DNA of 64,000 bases. Source: Heterodontus francisci (lineage: Eukaryota). Of the stretch, positions 1 through 14,000 are shown in pieces (position 1 is the stretch's first letter; each line of letters starts with the position of its first letter). The DNA is taken from the NCBI RefSeq assembly GCF_036365525.1, contig NC_090397.1, forward strand, positions 37,329,679 through 37,393,678. The letters are read 5' to 3'. The notes under the pieces were generated by a model, which was not told the origin of the DNA, did no database searches, and saw only the letters and a list, made by a program, of their open reading frames with translations. Made by a program: the position numbers and the translations under genes.

Positions 1-540
1 TCTCTCTTCCACTGTCCAGCTGAGTAGAACTGCCCTTACTTGGTTCCAGTCTTACCTATCCTATCTCTTACAACAGATTTTATTACTGCACCTGCACTGT
101 TACCTTCGATTCCCCCAAGTACCTATTTTGGCTCCCTCCAATTTCTCATTTAATGCTGCCCCTGGCAGCATCTTCCAAAGACTTGGTGTCAGGTACACTT
201 ACAACACCCATCTCTACCCCAGCACTGTATCTTTCAACCCCTCCACTGCCTCTTTGGATCAACCAGCTTGTCTGATATTTAGTCTTGGATGAGCCACAAT
301 TTCCTCCAATTGAATACTGTGAAGGGCAAAGCCATTTTCCTTACATTCCCCCACCAAACCACCCCCCCCCCCCCCACCCGACCTTACAAACTTCATCTTC
401 TCAGCACTAATTCCATCCTCTTTCCCAGCAAATGTCTTAGGTGACCCAGACAGTTTGTAAACTCAGCAACCTATTTTACCAAGCTCAGCTTCTGACCCAT
501 TTCCTCTCAAAGATCACCCACTACTACCTGTGAAACAGGA
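1..540 (+). mobile_element. Degraded L2-clade LINE fragment
   Basis: Similar to the reverse complement of 21400-21950 (ctgcccttacttggttcc..., gatattagtcttggatgagccacaatttcctcca). Confidence 0.65.
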
Positions 541-1373
541 CAATGTTATGTAACTGTGGGTCTATGGGATAATATGAAAGCATTTGAAAGAGAATGTGTA
601 TTTCACTGAAAGATCACTGCATGATTTTTCTTCCTCCAAGACCAATTTCACTCCTAATATCTCCTCAATGTTGGTGATTCCAGACACTTTAACTTGCATG
701 TTCAAAAAAATTAACTCGCAAAAGCATGGACAAACACAAGCACATTATTTTCACAATTTGAAACACTGTTGGTACCTTCCAACAAAAATGATACACCTTT
801 TAACAGTAGAATTATTGACATTTCACTGTGTAAAGAGCCAGAACAAATTGTTCACATACTGGAGCTTAAAAACATAATACGATATTTCTACTATGCCCAA
901 TATTCTTAAAGCAGCTATGGGCATCTTTTCTATTCCATCCATGTGCATCTGGCTCAGGCAGTAATTATGCCCGAAAAAATAAGTGACTTGAACCTGGGTC
1001 TTTACCAATATCACAATTTACTGGTCACAAGGTAGATAAATATGACAGAATAGCTCTCACTGAAATTTTCTTTCCTGTGTGGGAATATTTGACCTGGAGG
1101 CAGAGATTAAAAAACTCAAAACAGGCAGAACAAAAGAAATCTAATTTACGACCCTATGGTGTAGCACACTGGCATGCCAAAGCAACCACATTTTTGAAAA
1201 AAATCTATTTCAATATTGGCACATACAGCCTGCATTGCAATACTGAATATCTTTATGGTTTGAACCCAAAATGGAAACATCCCACATCAGATATAACTAC
1301 TTTTTCTAAAAACGCCTGTTTGACAAGTCTCAAGATTGAGGAAAAGGAAAGTAAAGTAATACATAATCAATAC

Positions 1374-1530
1374 CTGCTGTGCACTTCTCTGAGTTTGCAA
1401 GTGTGACTGTAACCGTCGAAGTAGGGGTACACCATTTCTTGATTGTCGTTTAAGTGTCCAGTAAACATATAATCTCTGTATAAACTGTTTTTTTCGTGGC
1501 ACTGACACCTGACTCATTATTTTATTTAGC
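1374..1530 (-). CDS. BRD1: BRD1 (BRPF2) coding exon 2 (157 nt); the gene continues beyond the left edge of the window
   Basis: Acceptor TTCTCTGCAG at 1540-1531 and donor GTATTG at 1373. Translates (R)[52 protein letters not shown], the BRPF-family segment after the PZP domain. Phase matches the upstream exon (AG|G = Arg). Confidence 0.95.
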
Positions 1531-1939
1531 CTGCAGAGAAATTCATCTTTTTTTTAGAAGTAGTAATTTCAGACATTATAACAATCATTAGATGTCTTGG
1601 GAAACTAAGTCCCAGATGTTTTATTTAATATTGCACCAATTTTCTCTCTGCCTATTATTTTAGATTATTTTTCATCAAAGCATTCCCTTGTATGTTGCTC
1701 TGTGTGAGCAAATCACATTTTGTAAATGTTGATGGATTCATTAAAACTAAGTAAAATATCATTTGGTAATCTTTTACACTATAAACCCTTGTTCATACTA
1801 GCTAAAATAAAAATATGTTGTGCATAAGCTTTTGCATAAACTTATGAATAGAGCCATGAAGGAAAATGAGTATGGGAATGGGGAGACAGAGGAGGTGGTT
1901 GAAATTCCGACCTATATCTAGAAAATTGGCCTGTGTGCT

Positions 1940-2495
1940 ATGAAATTACTTAACGGACATTCAGTCTTGGATGAGTCCCAATTTCCTCCAGCTAAACTTT
2001 CAGTAGACAAACTTTCATTGGTCCACAACAAAAACCCAATACCCTTGCTATCAACTCCATGCCCATTATCCAGCATCACCTCAAGCTAAACCAGACTGTC
2101 CGTAATCTCAACATCCTATTATTAAACCATGAGCTAAGCTTCCAAATCCTCTCCATCACAAAGACTGCCTACTCCCACTCGAGCATAAATAGCCTTCTCC
2201 CCAACATCAGTTCTTTTGCTGCTGAAACCCTCAACCATGCCTTTGCCACTTTCAAACTTAACTACTCCAATGCTCTATTGTTTGGCCTCCCTTTTTCCGC
2301 CCTCTAAAAACTGCAGCTCACCCAAAAGTTGACTGTCAAATTCTATTCCTCACTATGCTCATCCTCTCCTCCTTGAACACCCACCTCTTCAACCAAGTTT
2401 TGTCAATGCTCAATTTTTTTTAAAAAAATAAATGCCCCTGTGAAGCACCTTGGGATGTTTTCCACATTAAAGTCACTACATAAATGCAAATTATT
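1940..2495 (+). mobile_element. Degraded L2-clade LINE 3' fragment
   Basis: ORF relic AAETLNHAFATFKLNYSNALL and tail gtgaagcaccttgggatgttt...taaatgcaa, shared with other copies. Confidence 0.7.
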
Positions 2496-2672
2496 GCAAC
2501 CACACAGTTGTGCATTGCTCCATTGGAGCTTGTTAAAATCGTAAAGCAACAGCAGATGTCAAGGCTAAACCAGCATACATTTATGCTGCAGTAACCTAAT
2601 GAGTCCTGCTTATTAATGTTTTTAAACAAACAGCCAGACAAAATGACTTTGCAATAATATAGGACTTCTGGC

Positions 2673-3024
2673 AGATTAGATTAGAGATACAGCACTGAAA
2701 CAGGCCCTTCGGCCCACCGAGTCTGTGCCGAACATCAACCACCCATTTATACTAATCCTATACTAATCCCATATTCCTATCAAACATCCCCACCTGTCCC
2801 TATATTTCCCCACCACCTACCTATACTAGTGACAATTTATAATGGCCAATTTACCTATCAACCTGCAAGTCTTTTGGCTTGTGGGAGGAAACCAGAGCAC
2901 CCGGAGAAAACCCACGCAGACACAGGGAGAACTTGCAAACTCCACACAGGCAGTACCCGGAATCGAACCCGGGTCCCTGGAGCTGTGAGGCTGCGGTGCT
3001 AACCACTGCGCCACTGTGCTGCCC
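2673..3024 (-). mobile_element. Full-length HE1-like V-SINE (tRNA head, V domain, (TCTAA)n tail)
   Basis: Head GGGCAGCACAGTGGCGCAGTGGTTAGC...GGTTCGATTCC has Pol III A and B boxes. Near-identical to three other copies in the window. Confidence 0.9.
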
Positions 3025-3577
3025 TTAATTGTGAAGCTATGAGATTTTGTTGATTAAAAAGCAGTCAGTAGTTGGAAAGTACCTGCAATGAATACCACAG
3101 ATCTTGAAATGGGGCATAAGCACTGAATATTAACAATACTCGACTTGCATTTAAATCACTTTTCAGCATCAGCATTTGGGACATCCCAAAGCACTTTACA
3201 GACAATGAAATACTTTTTAAGTGTGCTCATGTTGTAATGTAGGAAATTTATCTGAGCTAAGGTCTTGGGAGGCTGACATAATAAACATGCACTGACCAAG
3301 AAAATGGCTAAAAAGAACCATAATGCACTGAAAGCAAGATTAAGTCATCCTCATACCGGCAAGCTTCTAAAATTAAAAAGGAAAGCCGGTGATTTTCAAT
3401 AGCCCAATGAGGGTATCCAGTAAATGGCTAACTATACAAACAAGGTACATTGCAGTTTGATTCCTGACATTTGCTGAGCCAGCTGACCTCAGTCAAGGCA
3501 CAAATATAGATACTACAATTGGCGCTAAGGAGGGGGAAAATCGGCCAAAACTCCTATTCCTGATTATTACTCTGGAA

Positions 3578-4235
3578 ATAAAAGAGAAAATGTTGGATAT
3601 ACTCAGGTCATGCAACCTCTATTGAGAGACAAACATTTCAGGTCGGAGATCTTTTGTCAGAACTGGTTGTGGGTTGATAACCTTCTGTTATGAAACATCA
3701 ACCTGAAATATTAACTCTGTTTCTCTCTCCACAAATCCTGCCTGACCTTCTGAGCATTTCCAGCATTTTCTGCTTTTATCGGAATTCTGGAAATTATATC
3801 AGCTTAATACAGTTTGGTGATGCCCTCATGGACTAAATAGATTGTCAATCCAACCTGCCATTGTGCTGAAGCATTGGAGGGGGACTGTCACTTGCAAACC
3901 TTACAGTAGCCATTAGGTAAATTTGCTCAAGAGGAGGAAATAATAATAGGCATAAAATGCTTCTTTTAAAAAAATGCAATGAACTAAAAGTATATTGAAA
4001 AGCAAAATACTTTAGATACTGAAAATCTGAAATAAAACAGAAAATATTGAATATACTCAGGTCATGCAACCTCTATTGAGACACAAACATTTCAGGTTGA
4101 TGGTCTTTTGTCAGAACTGGTTGTGAGTCAATGACCTTCTGTTCTGAAAAAACAACCTGAAATATTAACTGTTTCTCTCTCCACAAACCCTGCCTGACCT
4201 TCTAAATACTTCCAGCATTTTCTGCTTTTATTAAA
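3578..4235. repeat. Two near-identical ~200-bp foldback units (3580-3780 and 4030-4232) of a short repeat also found at 16185-16320, 47740-47828 and 47975-48117
   Basis: Each unit pairs aaaacagaaaatg.tgga.atactcag... with its reverse complement ...cctgctgagcatttccagcattttctg.tttta. The two units share the same spacer. Confidence 0.8.
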
Positions 4236-6269
4236 AGTATATGGAAATTCATGAGAAATTTTGCATGTTGTGAGAGCAATTAAAAAAAACTTGGTGAAGA
4301 TGACCACTTGATGCAAGCTCAGCAGAGATCTTACAGGTATAGTGTCTCTCGTGTTTTCCCTCTATTTTATGTGCAGCTGAATAATTGAACCTTGAAATAC
4401 CACTGCAATTTTCTTTTACTATTAAATGCTACGAGGGTTTGGGAGGGCGGGGGAAATGATTCAACATTTGCCATTCAGGTAATTTTGCTATTCATTACAA
4501 TATCCAAACTATCCCAGCTGTAGTATTTATTCTGCTCAGATAAATACGATAGAATGTTCAGTCTCTAATTTTGTCATAATTAAGCTACATGCACAGATGA
4601 AGACTCATCGCACTCAGGAATGCTTTTCTTTCACGGTGGTCATAAAAGATAGTCTCAGCCAAAGACTAGACTAAACCAATGGAACACTGGGAATGAACTA
4701 GATATGTATAGAAGACCTAAGAAATTGGGGGTTAGATATAGTTGACGGTGTCAGTTTAATGTCTCATCACAAAGTTGAGACACCATCTGTCCTTCCGCGT
4801 GGACATAAAAGATGCCTCAGCACTATTTGAAGACTAGCAAGGGAGTTCTTCCTAGTGCCCTAGCCAATACCTATTACTCAAGTAATACCTGAACAGACTG
4901 TCTGGTCATTATTTCATTGTGGGACATTGCTGAGCACAAGTTGGCTGCTATGATTCTTACGTTACAACAGCGACTGCAATTCCAAAGTACTTAACTGGCT
5001 GTAAAGTGCTTTGGGACCTCCTGAGGTTGCGAATGGAGCTATATCAATGCAAGCCTTTTTTCCTTTTAAGATTAGAAACAGAAAATAAAAAGAAGAAAAA
5101 TAGCAAGAAAATTCCAGTAGTCACAAATTACAGGATATAAAAGGCATGGAAAATTAAAAATCTGCATATGCAGAGGCCCGGAATTTCCTGGATCCCTCTT
5201 GTGCAGGAATTATGGCAAAATTTATCCTTTTTTCCCCCAAGCCAATCTTACCTGCGAGAACTTATGCCAAAATTTCCTGAGAATTGTGGTAAAACGAGCA
5301 GAAATCAGGAAAAAGTATCAAAGCCTGAGGGGTGTGGAACATGTGGCATTTCCTTCACAAGTCTATTTATCTTGTTATAAAAATTAAGTTTGTAGTCATC
5401 AAACCATACCTTATACACAATAAGTACAAGATATTTAAGAAAATGCAGTTGTGGAAGTTTTTCCTCTTAAATCCAAGAGATTCTGTTGCCACAAATGCAC
5501 ATTAAAATATATAGAAAAGAGCGTAGATTTCAGGAAAAATACATGGGGGGCAGTGGAACTAGGTTAATGAGCCAAGTGACATTTTAGTAACTCGAAACGG
5601 CACAAGTGATCGAGGATATTCACATGTAATAATGTTTCAGCATTAATCAGTAATGAGCGAATTTCCTTGGGAGGAAATAAAAGGCACAACTCTGCTCTTA
5701 CACTGTAGTTATGCCAAAACACTGCACGTAAGTCCAGGCCAGAGTTTTATCTAGGAAGTGAGGCATTAGCAATATTGTGTTGTAATCTAACTTTGCACCC
5801 TTGTAAAATGTAATTCTACAGGCAGTCCAAAAGCATTAAAAAAGTTCCAAAAAACACATTTGCATGTGACTTTTTTTTAACCATGAGTAGATCTAATAAT
5901 CCAAGACTTATTTGCTATTATCACGAAGAACTGGAAAGTATGTTATATTTATCTGCGAAAAAATATTTTAGCAGCAGCAAAGTTAGCTGGATGGGAAATG
6001 CTGATGAACATTTTCCTTCATTATCCCATGTCCCATCCATAATTTTATTTAATAGTTTGAACAATTCAATGGTATTTCAATTTCAATTATTCAACTGCAT
6101 ACAAAACAGAGGGAAAGCACAAGGAATTATACTTTCAAGATCTCTGCTATGATTCCATCAGGTGGCCTTCACCTCCATAAACAAAGCATTAAGATGTGAA
6201 TGATTTATTTCTGAAACGGTCAGTGTTTTGATTCCCAAAATTGTACTGTGACATGCAGCAACTAACACA

Positions 6270-7200
6270 GCACTTTCAAGTGTCCCAAGAAGCTTCACAG
6301 AGGCATATGGAAAAATAAAAAGGTGCCATATCAAAGATGATATTCAGATAGGGTGAACTAAGTAAGTCCAGACAAAAAAAGGTAAATTTTAAAGAGCATA
6401 TGAAATTAGGCAAGAGGTTGACCATTGTAGGGTTTCTAAAATGCAGGCTCCAAATGGAAGGCATAGCTGCCAATGGTGAGGTGAGGTGGAATGAGGTGGG
6501 GCGGGGGACACGGTGGGCAGAGAATGTAGCACGATAAGAGGTTACAGAGATGGAAACGGGTGAGGGACCCTAAAGGGGAACTTATTTTTTTGTATACTCC
6601 CTTATGTCCACGTTCTGCATTGATTTAACTATGATACCTTTATAACATCCATTTCTTGAAAATTATTTGTAGTTTTCAGAGTGAAAAACTTAACTATTTT
6701 CAATGGACTCTTCATCTCGTCAAACCAGACAACTCCTATCCTCAACTCACCAACTAAATTGCAGTACAGTGACTTTGCTGCACAGCAAGTACTGATCTGG
6801 GAGAAGGTTTCAGACATTCCATGAAGATTAGGTGGAGTGACCTATGTGCTCCTAACAAGTTTTCACCAAGACCTGTTTGTCCATCACCCTCTGTTCACTG
6901 ACCTACATTGCCTTCTGAACCACAATGCTTTGATTATAAACTTCTCAGTGTTCAATCCCTCCAAGGCCTCACCCTCCTCCAGCTGTAAAACTTCGTCCAA
7001 CTTTGCATTCCTCCCAACTCTGTCCTCCTGTGCATTCCCCATTTTCTGTGCCACATCACTGGCAGCCTTGCCATCAGCCACCCAGACTGCAAGATCTGAA
7101 ATGCCCTCCCTAAATACCTCTCATTAAAACACACCTCTTTGACCAACTTATCCTAATGTCTCTTTCTTCAGTTTGGCATCGAATTTGGTCTGACAACACT
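6270..7200. mobile_element. Two degraded L2 3' fragments in opposite orientation (~6270-6570 minus; ~6870-7200 plus)
   Basis: Similarity to the L2 3' regions at 20780-21200 and 34250-34730. Confidence 0.55.
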
Positions 7201-8572
7201 TAGAAACAAGGGTGGCAAAACTGGTCCAGGAATGGATCTGGACTGTTTGACCCTGGAGAAACATCGCTGTCAGCTCAGTATATAATTAATGAGTTCAGAG
7301 CAGAGTAGCAGAAAAAAAGACAATGCTTTAGGTTTATCAGGAAAACTGACAAGCAAATGTGTTTATCATTTCTTCTATAAAAAGTACTCTGCTTAACACA
7401 TTCCTCCTTCAAGCATTAGCAATTTCTGCACTCTTTATTTAAATTATTTGTGCGTGGGTGGGGGAATCTCATTTTGTATTTAGCCTGTTATTTTTCTATC
7501 CAGTTTCAGACAAACATCCAAACACTCAATAAATAGTAGTCAACCTCCCATCACACTACACCAGTAATCGGGAGCATAGAGCTCTGTGTGGATTACGTTC
7601 ACTAAACCAATGTTGCCACTAAGTCATCAAAGTCTTGTAACGGTTCCTCACTGAGTGAAGGGAAAATAGGAGCTCTCAGAAATTAGCTTTAGACCTACAA
7701 GGTTCTGTTGGTGGAAAGCTCTGTGCTTTCTGGATGGGTGTCTGGGAAGCATGTCACTGCATTGTGTACAGTGGAAGCTCTCAGTATAACTAAGCTGACC
7801 AAAGTAGTTTGCAAGTTTTCTGGGAGAGCTACTTTGATCTCGAGTGTGTTAATTACCCCTTCCTCCCTCTCTCTGCTACTTTCCATTATACTTAACTTTT
7901 TCTGTTACTCTTCCCCCTTTCTCTCTGACAATCTATTCCTGTCACTCTCCCTCTTTGTGTTCTGTATTTGTCTATCTGCTGTGAGAGCTGCACGAGTGAA
8001 AGCGACGAGCAGCCTAACCAGCACAGTGGGAATGATATCAGTACAGTGCATGTGCCTTTGATCTACACATGCACTTTTCATATCAAGCTTTAGTTGGGCT
8101 GAGTTCTGCGTTCAGGGTTGTGAATGGGTGCGATGCTATATGCTCCAAGTGGAGTGTGTACACAGATTCAAGGCTACTGATTGTGTGGTGGGGGAAGGCA
8201 AGGTTGGAAGATATTACTGAATTGCCCTAAAAGTGTATATATTGCATGGGTGGCTGGAAACCACAGTTTCTTTTTGATGGAATGTGATTGGTACCATTTC
8301 TGAACCAGTGAGTTAGTTATAGGGTCTGATTGAACCATAGCTTCAATTGACTGAGCAAAAAAGGTTAAAAATGATTTCAGGTTTTCTACTTTGTTTGGCT
8401 TAAAAGACACCCTACAACACAAAACAGAAGAACATAGAAGCATATTTTTTTTTTAAAGACAAATTACATTTTCTTCTAACTTTTCCATTAGATTTATTTA
8501 ATAGTCTGTAGATTTCACCACAAAGCTTCCAAATGAAAGTCAGGTATTTAACAAGTTTGTGAAGACACTCAC

Positions 8573-9939
8573 CTATCAGGCTGAATGCATGGGACAGATA
8601 CTACAGGCACAGCAGTACATTTTTCAACTAAGAGTTTCCTAGCCTTCTTTGTCTTCTGCCTCGCCTTACATTTTATTTTAGTTGCCTTGTTAGGCGAATC
8701 TTTTCTACATATGCCATTTTTCACTTCAGCTGGCTCGTAAATGTTTAGTGGCCTTCTCACGCACCCTGGAGGAGTGTGCACAGCACAGAATGCAGTCTTT
8801 TTCACATTGAATGTTGTTGTTCCATTGGATGCTGTTTCTTTAATAGGCTCCATTTTCATGTACAGACCCGCTTGTTGAGCACAAGTTACATGGAATGCTG
8901 TATAACAATTTGCCTTATGGCACTGGATGCAAGCACCAAGCCCTTTCTGTTTGCAGAGGTAACACGTTAATTTCCACCTGGCTGCTGGAATGTTTTTGAC
9001 ACCATCAATAGGCTCAATGAATACAGTGTTAGCAAATCCAACTTCAGGAATCCACAGTGCGCACACAACATGTCCCCACTGACCATCATCTGTCTTCTTG
9101 AAAGCGCCACCCTTATTTGGACACAAAATACAATCAACAGATCGAGAAGGGGATTGCAAACAACGTCGGCACAACCACTGTCCTTCGGGTATATAAGGAA
9201 CCCCATAGCATTCCTGATGCACTGCTAAGTTACACATGTCGCAAAACAATATTACATTACTGTTTTGACATTCTCCATCCATGCAAATACAACAAACAGC
9301 ATCTTCATCAATTAGTGACTGAGGATCACCTTGATTAGAATTTTCAAAGTAAGATTCCTTCTCTAGTTTATCCATAAGGAACTCAAACACATTCTGTGAA
9401 ACTGCACTCAAACCATCACTTTTACGCCTTTCATTAATCATTTCCAACCATGCATAATCTTCCTCATCCATATCATACTCAACTTCATTATTGAGCTCCT
9501 CTGGGGATTTCTCAATGAGTCTGTAATAAGATGAAGGTCGACGAGGAGCAGAAGGTGGTTCGTAATCTACTATTCTAAATCTGGGTTCTGGCAATGCATT
9601 CACCTGTGTTGGAGCTCCATGTGTACTCTGAATAGTGGCATCCTTCTTTTTCACTTTATTAGATTTGTACCTTTTAGTCTTTATGAAAACAGGTGGACGT
9701 TCACTGTTTTCCTTGTTGCTGTTACATTCAACAATTTCTTGGGCAGTTAGGTCATCTTCCAAAATGATCTCCAAAGGATCATAAATACTGATCCTGTGCA
9801 GCCGGCCATCAATCTCCATTTCAACCATTCGCTGTGCTTGAGCATATGTCAGCATTTCACGGCTTGGCGAATGTTTCAGAGTGCAAGGTGAAGCTGGACG
9901 CCTTGCTGTCCCTCGGTGGCACCTTCCTTTCCTTCTCAT
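8573..9939 (-). CDS. BRD1: BRD1 (BRPF2) first coding exon: EPL1/EPC-like region plus PHD-Zn knuckle-PHD (PZP) module
   Basis: [13 protein letters not shown]...[17 protein letters not shown]...[14 protein letters not shown]...[42 protein letters not shown]. The N-terminus is BRD1-type and lacks the BRPF1 C2H2 finger. Acceptor (T)8CAG places the exon start at 9957; donor GTGAGT at 8572. Confidence 0.97.
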
Positions 9940-10429
9940 CGCTAATAAGGAAGTAGACTGAAAAAAAATTGATCAAAGTCAAGAAAAGCTATTGACATTT
10001 TATTAAAAGTTACAAAACATTACAAGAACTATCCCATAAGTTAGAATGGACTGAATCCAGCAACACCTCTGCATTTTTCCCACTTCAATTCTTTCTCAAA
10101 GTCCAATTTTCTGCACTTTTCCTCTTCTCCAAAAGGTAGAGAGACTCATGATGTGACACAGCTCCATGTGTGTTTCACACTTTCTAGCATCTTGATAGCA
10201 TGGCAATTCTTTATATGCAAGTCTAAATAGCAAGCGCTTACAGGCTTTTTACTGTGGAGAACATTGCAGCTCAGCTGTAATCTATCCACAACTGAAATTT
10301 ACAAATGCGCTCGTCAGCAAGGGTTATTAGATCAGGGTCAGGATTGGTGTTTGCCGTTCCTATCCCAGGGCACTGAAGCCAAACTGAAATCAGATTAATG
10401 CCCATTAAATCAGGAATCAAACATATGCC

Positions 10430-11040
10430 CACAGAACCATACAACACAGAAGGAGGATATTCAACCCATTGCTTGTGTTTCATCATTACTAAAACAACTC
10501 AAAACTAATGAATTGCCCTATGCTCTGCCCATAACGCTCCATCCTTCTCAGCTTCAAATATTTATCCAATTTTCTCTTAAAAGATGTAATAACTGCTTCA
10601 GTCACTCCTATGGTTAAGCATTTCTCATGCTCCAACAACCATGAGCAAATGAATTTCTTCTAATCTCTCCCCTTAATCGCTTGGTAACAATTCTGAATTG
10701 ATGACCCCCTTGTCACTGACTTCCCAATGAGAGGTGTTTCTTAAAGCCTTCCATTATTTAAAACCTTCATTAAGCCTCCTCTTAGCCTTTCCTGCTCCCG
10801 TGAATATAGTCTTTGTTACTGTAGCTTTCCATCCCTGATATGATCCTGGTCAATCTACACTGTACACTCTCTGGTCTTAATATCCTTTCTACAATAAAGG
10901 TACCCAAAACTGCAGAAGTACTCCAAGTGGCCTAACGAATGATTTGTATAACTTTTTTTGATTGTATTAACTCATATTCTAATTCTCTATTTATAAAAGC
11001 TAAAATGCTGTTTTTAAATGGCTTTAGCTACTTGCAAATT
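10430..11040 (-). mobile_element. Old CR1 3' fragment
   Basis: Degraded similarity to 26600-27250. Confidence 0.55.
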
Positions 11041-14000
11041 CTGAAGTTCATTAATTACATCTTAAGATCATTTATCAATAATTGTTTAAATTATATTCAG
11101 TAAGTTTCTAAATCTCAAAATAGACGGTGCTTTGTTTCCTGCATGTATTATACAAATTTTGTAATTCAATTCCTATAGTAATTTATAATGAAATTATCGT
11201 GGCAAAGATACCCAATGTGAATGTATATGTTTTATCCAAAATTTACAATGCATCATTTCAAAGATGTGCAGAGTTTGAATGAGGATTGTTTGATTTCTGC
11301 ATTAATCACTCAAAGTGATAATTAATAGATAACTTTTCAAATTACATGATTCCTCGCCAATTGTGCGTCATTGCCTTTCTTGAAGGAGCTGACTGGTACT
11401 AGAATGTGGTACCACAGGCACTCGGCTGCACTAATTTCCCAAGTAGCCAGCCTTCATGTGTAAGCTGACATTGGGTGTCAGTAGATTCAGCAACTGAGCA
11501 AGTTATCAGTTAAGCTCGACTCTGTCCTCAGCAAACAATACATATGCACTTTGCAGCAGGGATCACTGGATGATGATTATGAACGGGAATACTGATCAAT
11601 TTCCCCCTTCCTAGGCATAGGCATACAATAGTGCCCAATTAACTACCTGATCATAGGGCAAGAATCAAAATTGGAATCTCTGACCAGTATAACTCATTTA
11701 CCAACTGAGCCAAAGGAACTCCTGGGTATTTTTTCTAAATTACATTATGCCAGATATATTACTGTATAAGGACTGAGGTTCAGTAATAATCACAGATCAT
11801 CTAAATTCAGTTGCAAGCAAGTTGCAATGCCAAGAATAGACTGGGGATAAGTTGGCCATTTTACACAGATATGCCCTCTCATTCACTGACCAAGTTCAAA
11901 ACTACATACAAAAACATTGCTATCATCCCATAAAGGGAGGGGAGGGGAGGGGAGGGGGGGGGGGGGGAGGAGAAATCACCTACTTAAATTGTTCAAGATC
12001 TTTGGTAGGCTTTAAACAATTGCTTTCCTATGTGCCTCCTAAGACCTGTTGTGAACTGCCTCCTCAGTTCTGAGACAATAGAAAGCTCACAGTATTCAGT
12101 GACAATGACTCAAATCAATTCAAGTAAAAGATATAACATATGCTATCGCCAAAAGATTCTTCTGCATGGGAATCAAACTGTAGCCACAGAATTTGGGAAG
12201 ATCATATTCCAGTGTTAGTAAGTCAGTTAATTTTTGATTAGTATACCTTTTGTTTGTATTTAACATTGAATACAGAGAGGAGGCAGAGGACCACCAATTT
12301 CAGATGGCGATGGACCACGTCATAATACAAATAACACATCTGAACTCAAAACAATAACCCCACAAAAGGTTTTGTATAACATCCTACTGCATGTGACACC
12401 ACTTGAGGCCATCGTTGAGATGCTGCAGGATGCGTTCAACATTCTTGCAGGCATATTTTTCTTTTTTGCAGCCCTCCTGCCTCCCAAAATATACACAACA
12501 TTCTGCTGCCCTCCAGCTACCAGTGATATTGTTGTAATCACCAGTAGCAAAGATGCAGTTTTACTGTCCACTTGTAGTGAGGAAATTGTGTTAATACCAA
12601 CACACCCACCCACTATAAGCAGTGGTGACTGCATTGCCTTTAACAATATCAAGACATGAGGGCCAGTTTCACGTGTATACGGATAGCATCCAGCTCTGAC
12701 TCCACTACCATTCTGTAAAAATGCTTGTCCGACATCCAGACTGCGACGAACCTCAACTACTACAAACTTTGCACCCATGTCACCAACTCAAGTCTGTACC
12801 TTTTTCAGTCTGCATTAGACTGTTCCCAACCTTGACAACCTTCCAATCTTGCAGCTGCTCCACCACAAGAACTGCCCTACTTCCACCTCTAGTGCATGCG
12901 TTCATCCCACCTTAGCCCATCTACAGCTGAAACTATTAATGTGCTAATGAGTAAGTGGGATAGGATACAGATGGTAGAGTTTTGGATCAGCTGAATTTTT
13001 TGGAAATGGGAGCCAGCCAGTAGAGCACTGGAATATCAGGTCTAGAGGGAGGACAAAAGCATTGAGGATTGTAACCAATGCTGAAGCCTTGTGGAGGATT
13101 TTTTGCAGCATTCTGTCATATTACTGCATCTGAAAGAATAAACTATTCAGTACAGTTAACCATCAAAGACAGACTATTTGAGGATGAACACGACTGGAAA
13201 GGAAAGAGAGGCAGGTAGTTTCATCTTCTCTCGTCACCTATAGGTTTTTAATTTCTGGCCTCAAAGGAGATGTGCTTACTAAAATAAAGCAGCAGATTGA
13301 ATGCTGAGCTTTTGACAGGCAGGGAGAAGAGGAATCTTAATGTTCATACATGGGTTACAATTTGGACTCTGCTGTTCCAAAAGCTTGCATCTAATTGTCT
13401 GGCCCTAAAGAGGGGTTCCAGCAATTTGCTTTGTAGATCTGCATTACAGATTTTTAGCTAGAACATTTTGGATAACATCCAGCACTAAAAACAATTAAAA
13501 ATGACTGCTGCAATAGATTGCCTGCATTAGCTTTAGCAGTGTTCTACTGCACTGAATATTCATACATTTAAGTACTTAATTGTTTCTGAATAAACTCCAC
13601 CCAATGTATTTGGTAGGAAGCCTTTTACATTTGTAGTTCCCTCTCAGGGCATCTGTTGCAGTTATCAAACTTGCAAGGTTCCTTTTTTTGGATAGACAGA
13701 TGCTTTCCATTACCATGGGGATTTTTCAAATTCAGCTTAGACTTGGAAAAACACAACAAAATTAGAGACTGAATAAGGGCCTTTGGTGGCAATGAGAACT
13801 TAGTAAGATTTATCATGTTAGGACACAACTGATGCGAATTGAGCCAAGCTCTCCCTCACAGCCCACAAGAAAGTCCACACTAATGGATGTGTCACTTAAT
13901 AATGAAGCAGAAACAGTATCTTGATAAAAACTGTTGCTGTAAGTATAACTGAACTGCTGAGGTCCACTTAAAATGAACAAAATAATTGAAATGCTACAAA

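Noticed and set aside
12300-12915. ORF cluster in BRD1 intron 1 (152 aa minus, 95 aa plus)
   Set aside because: No recognisable domain or convincing splice sites. It may be an old TE remnant but cannot be classified by eye.
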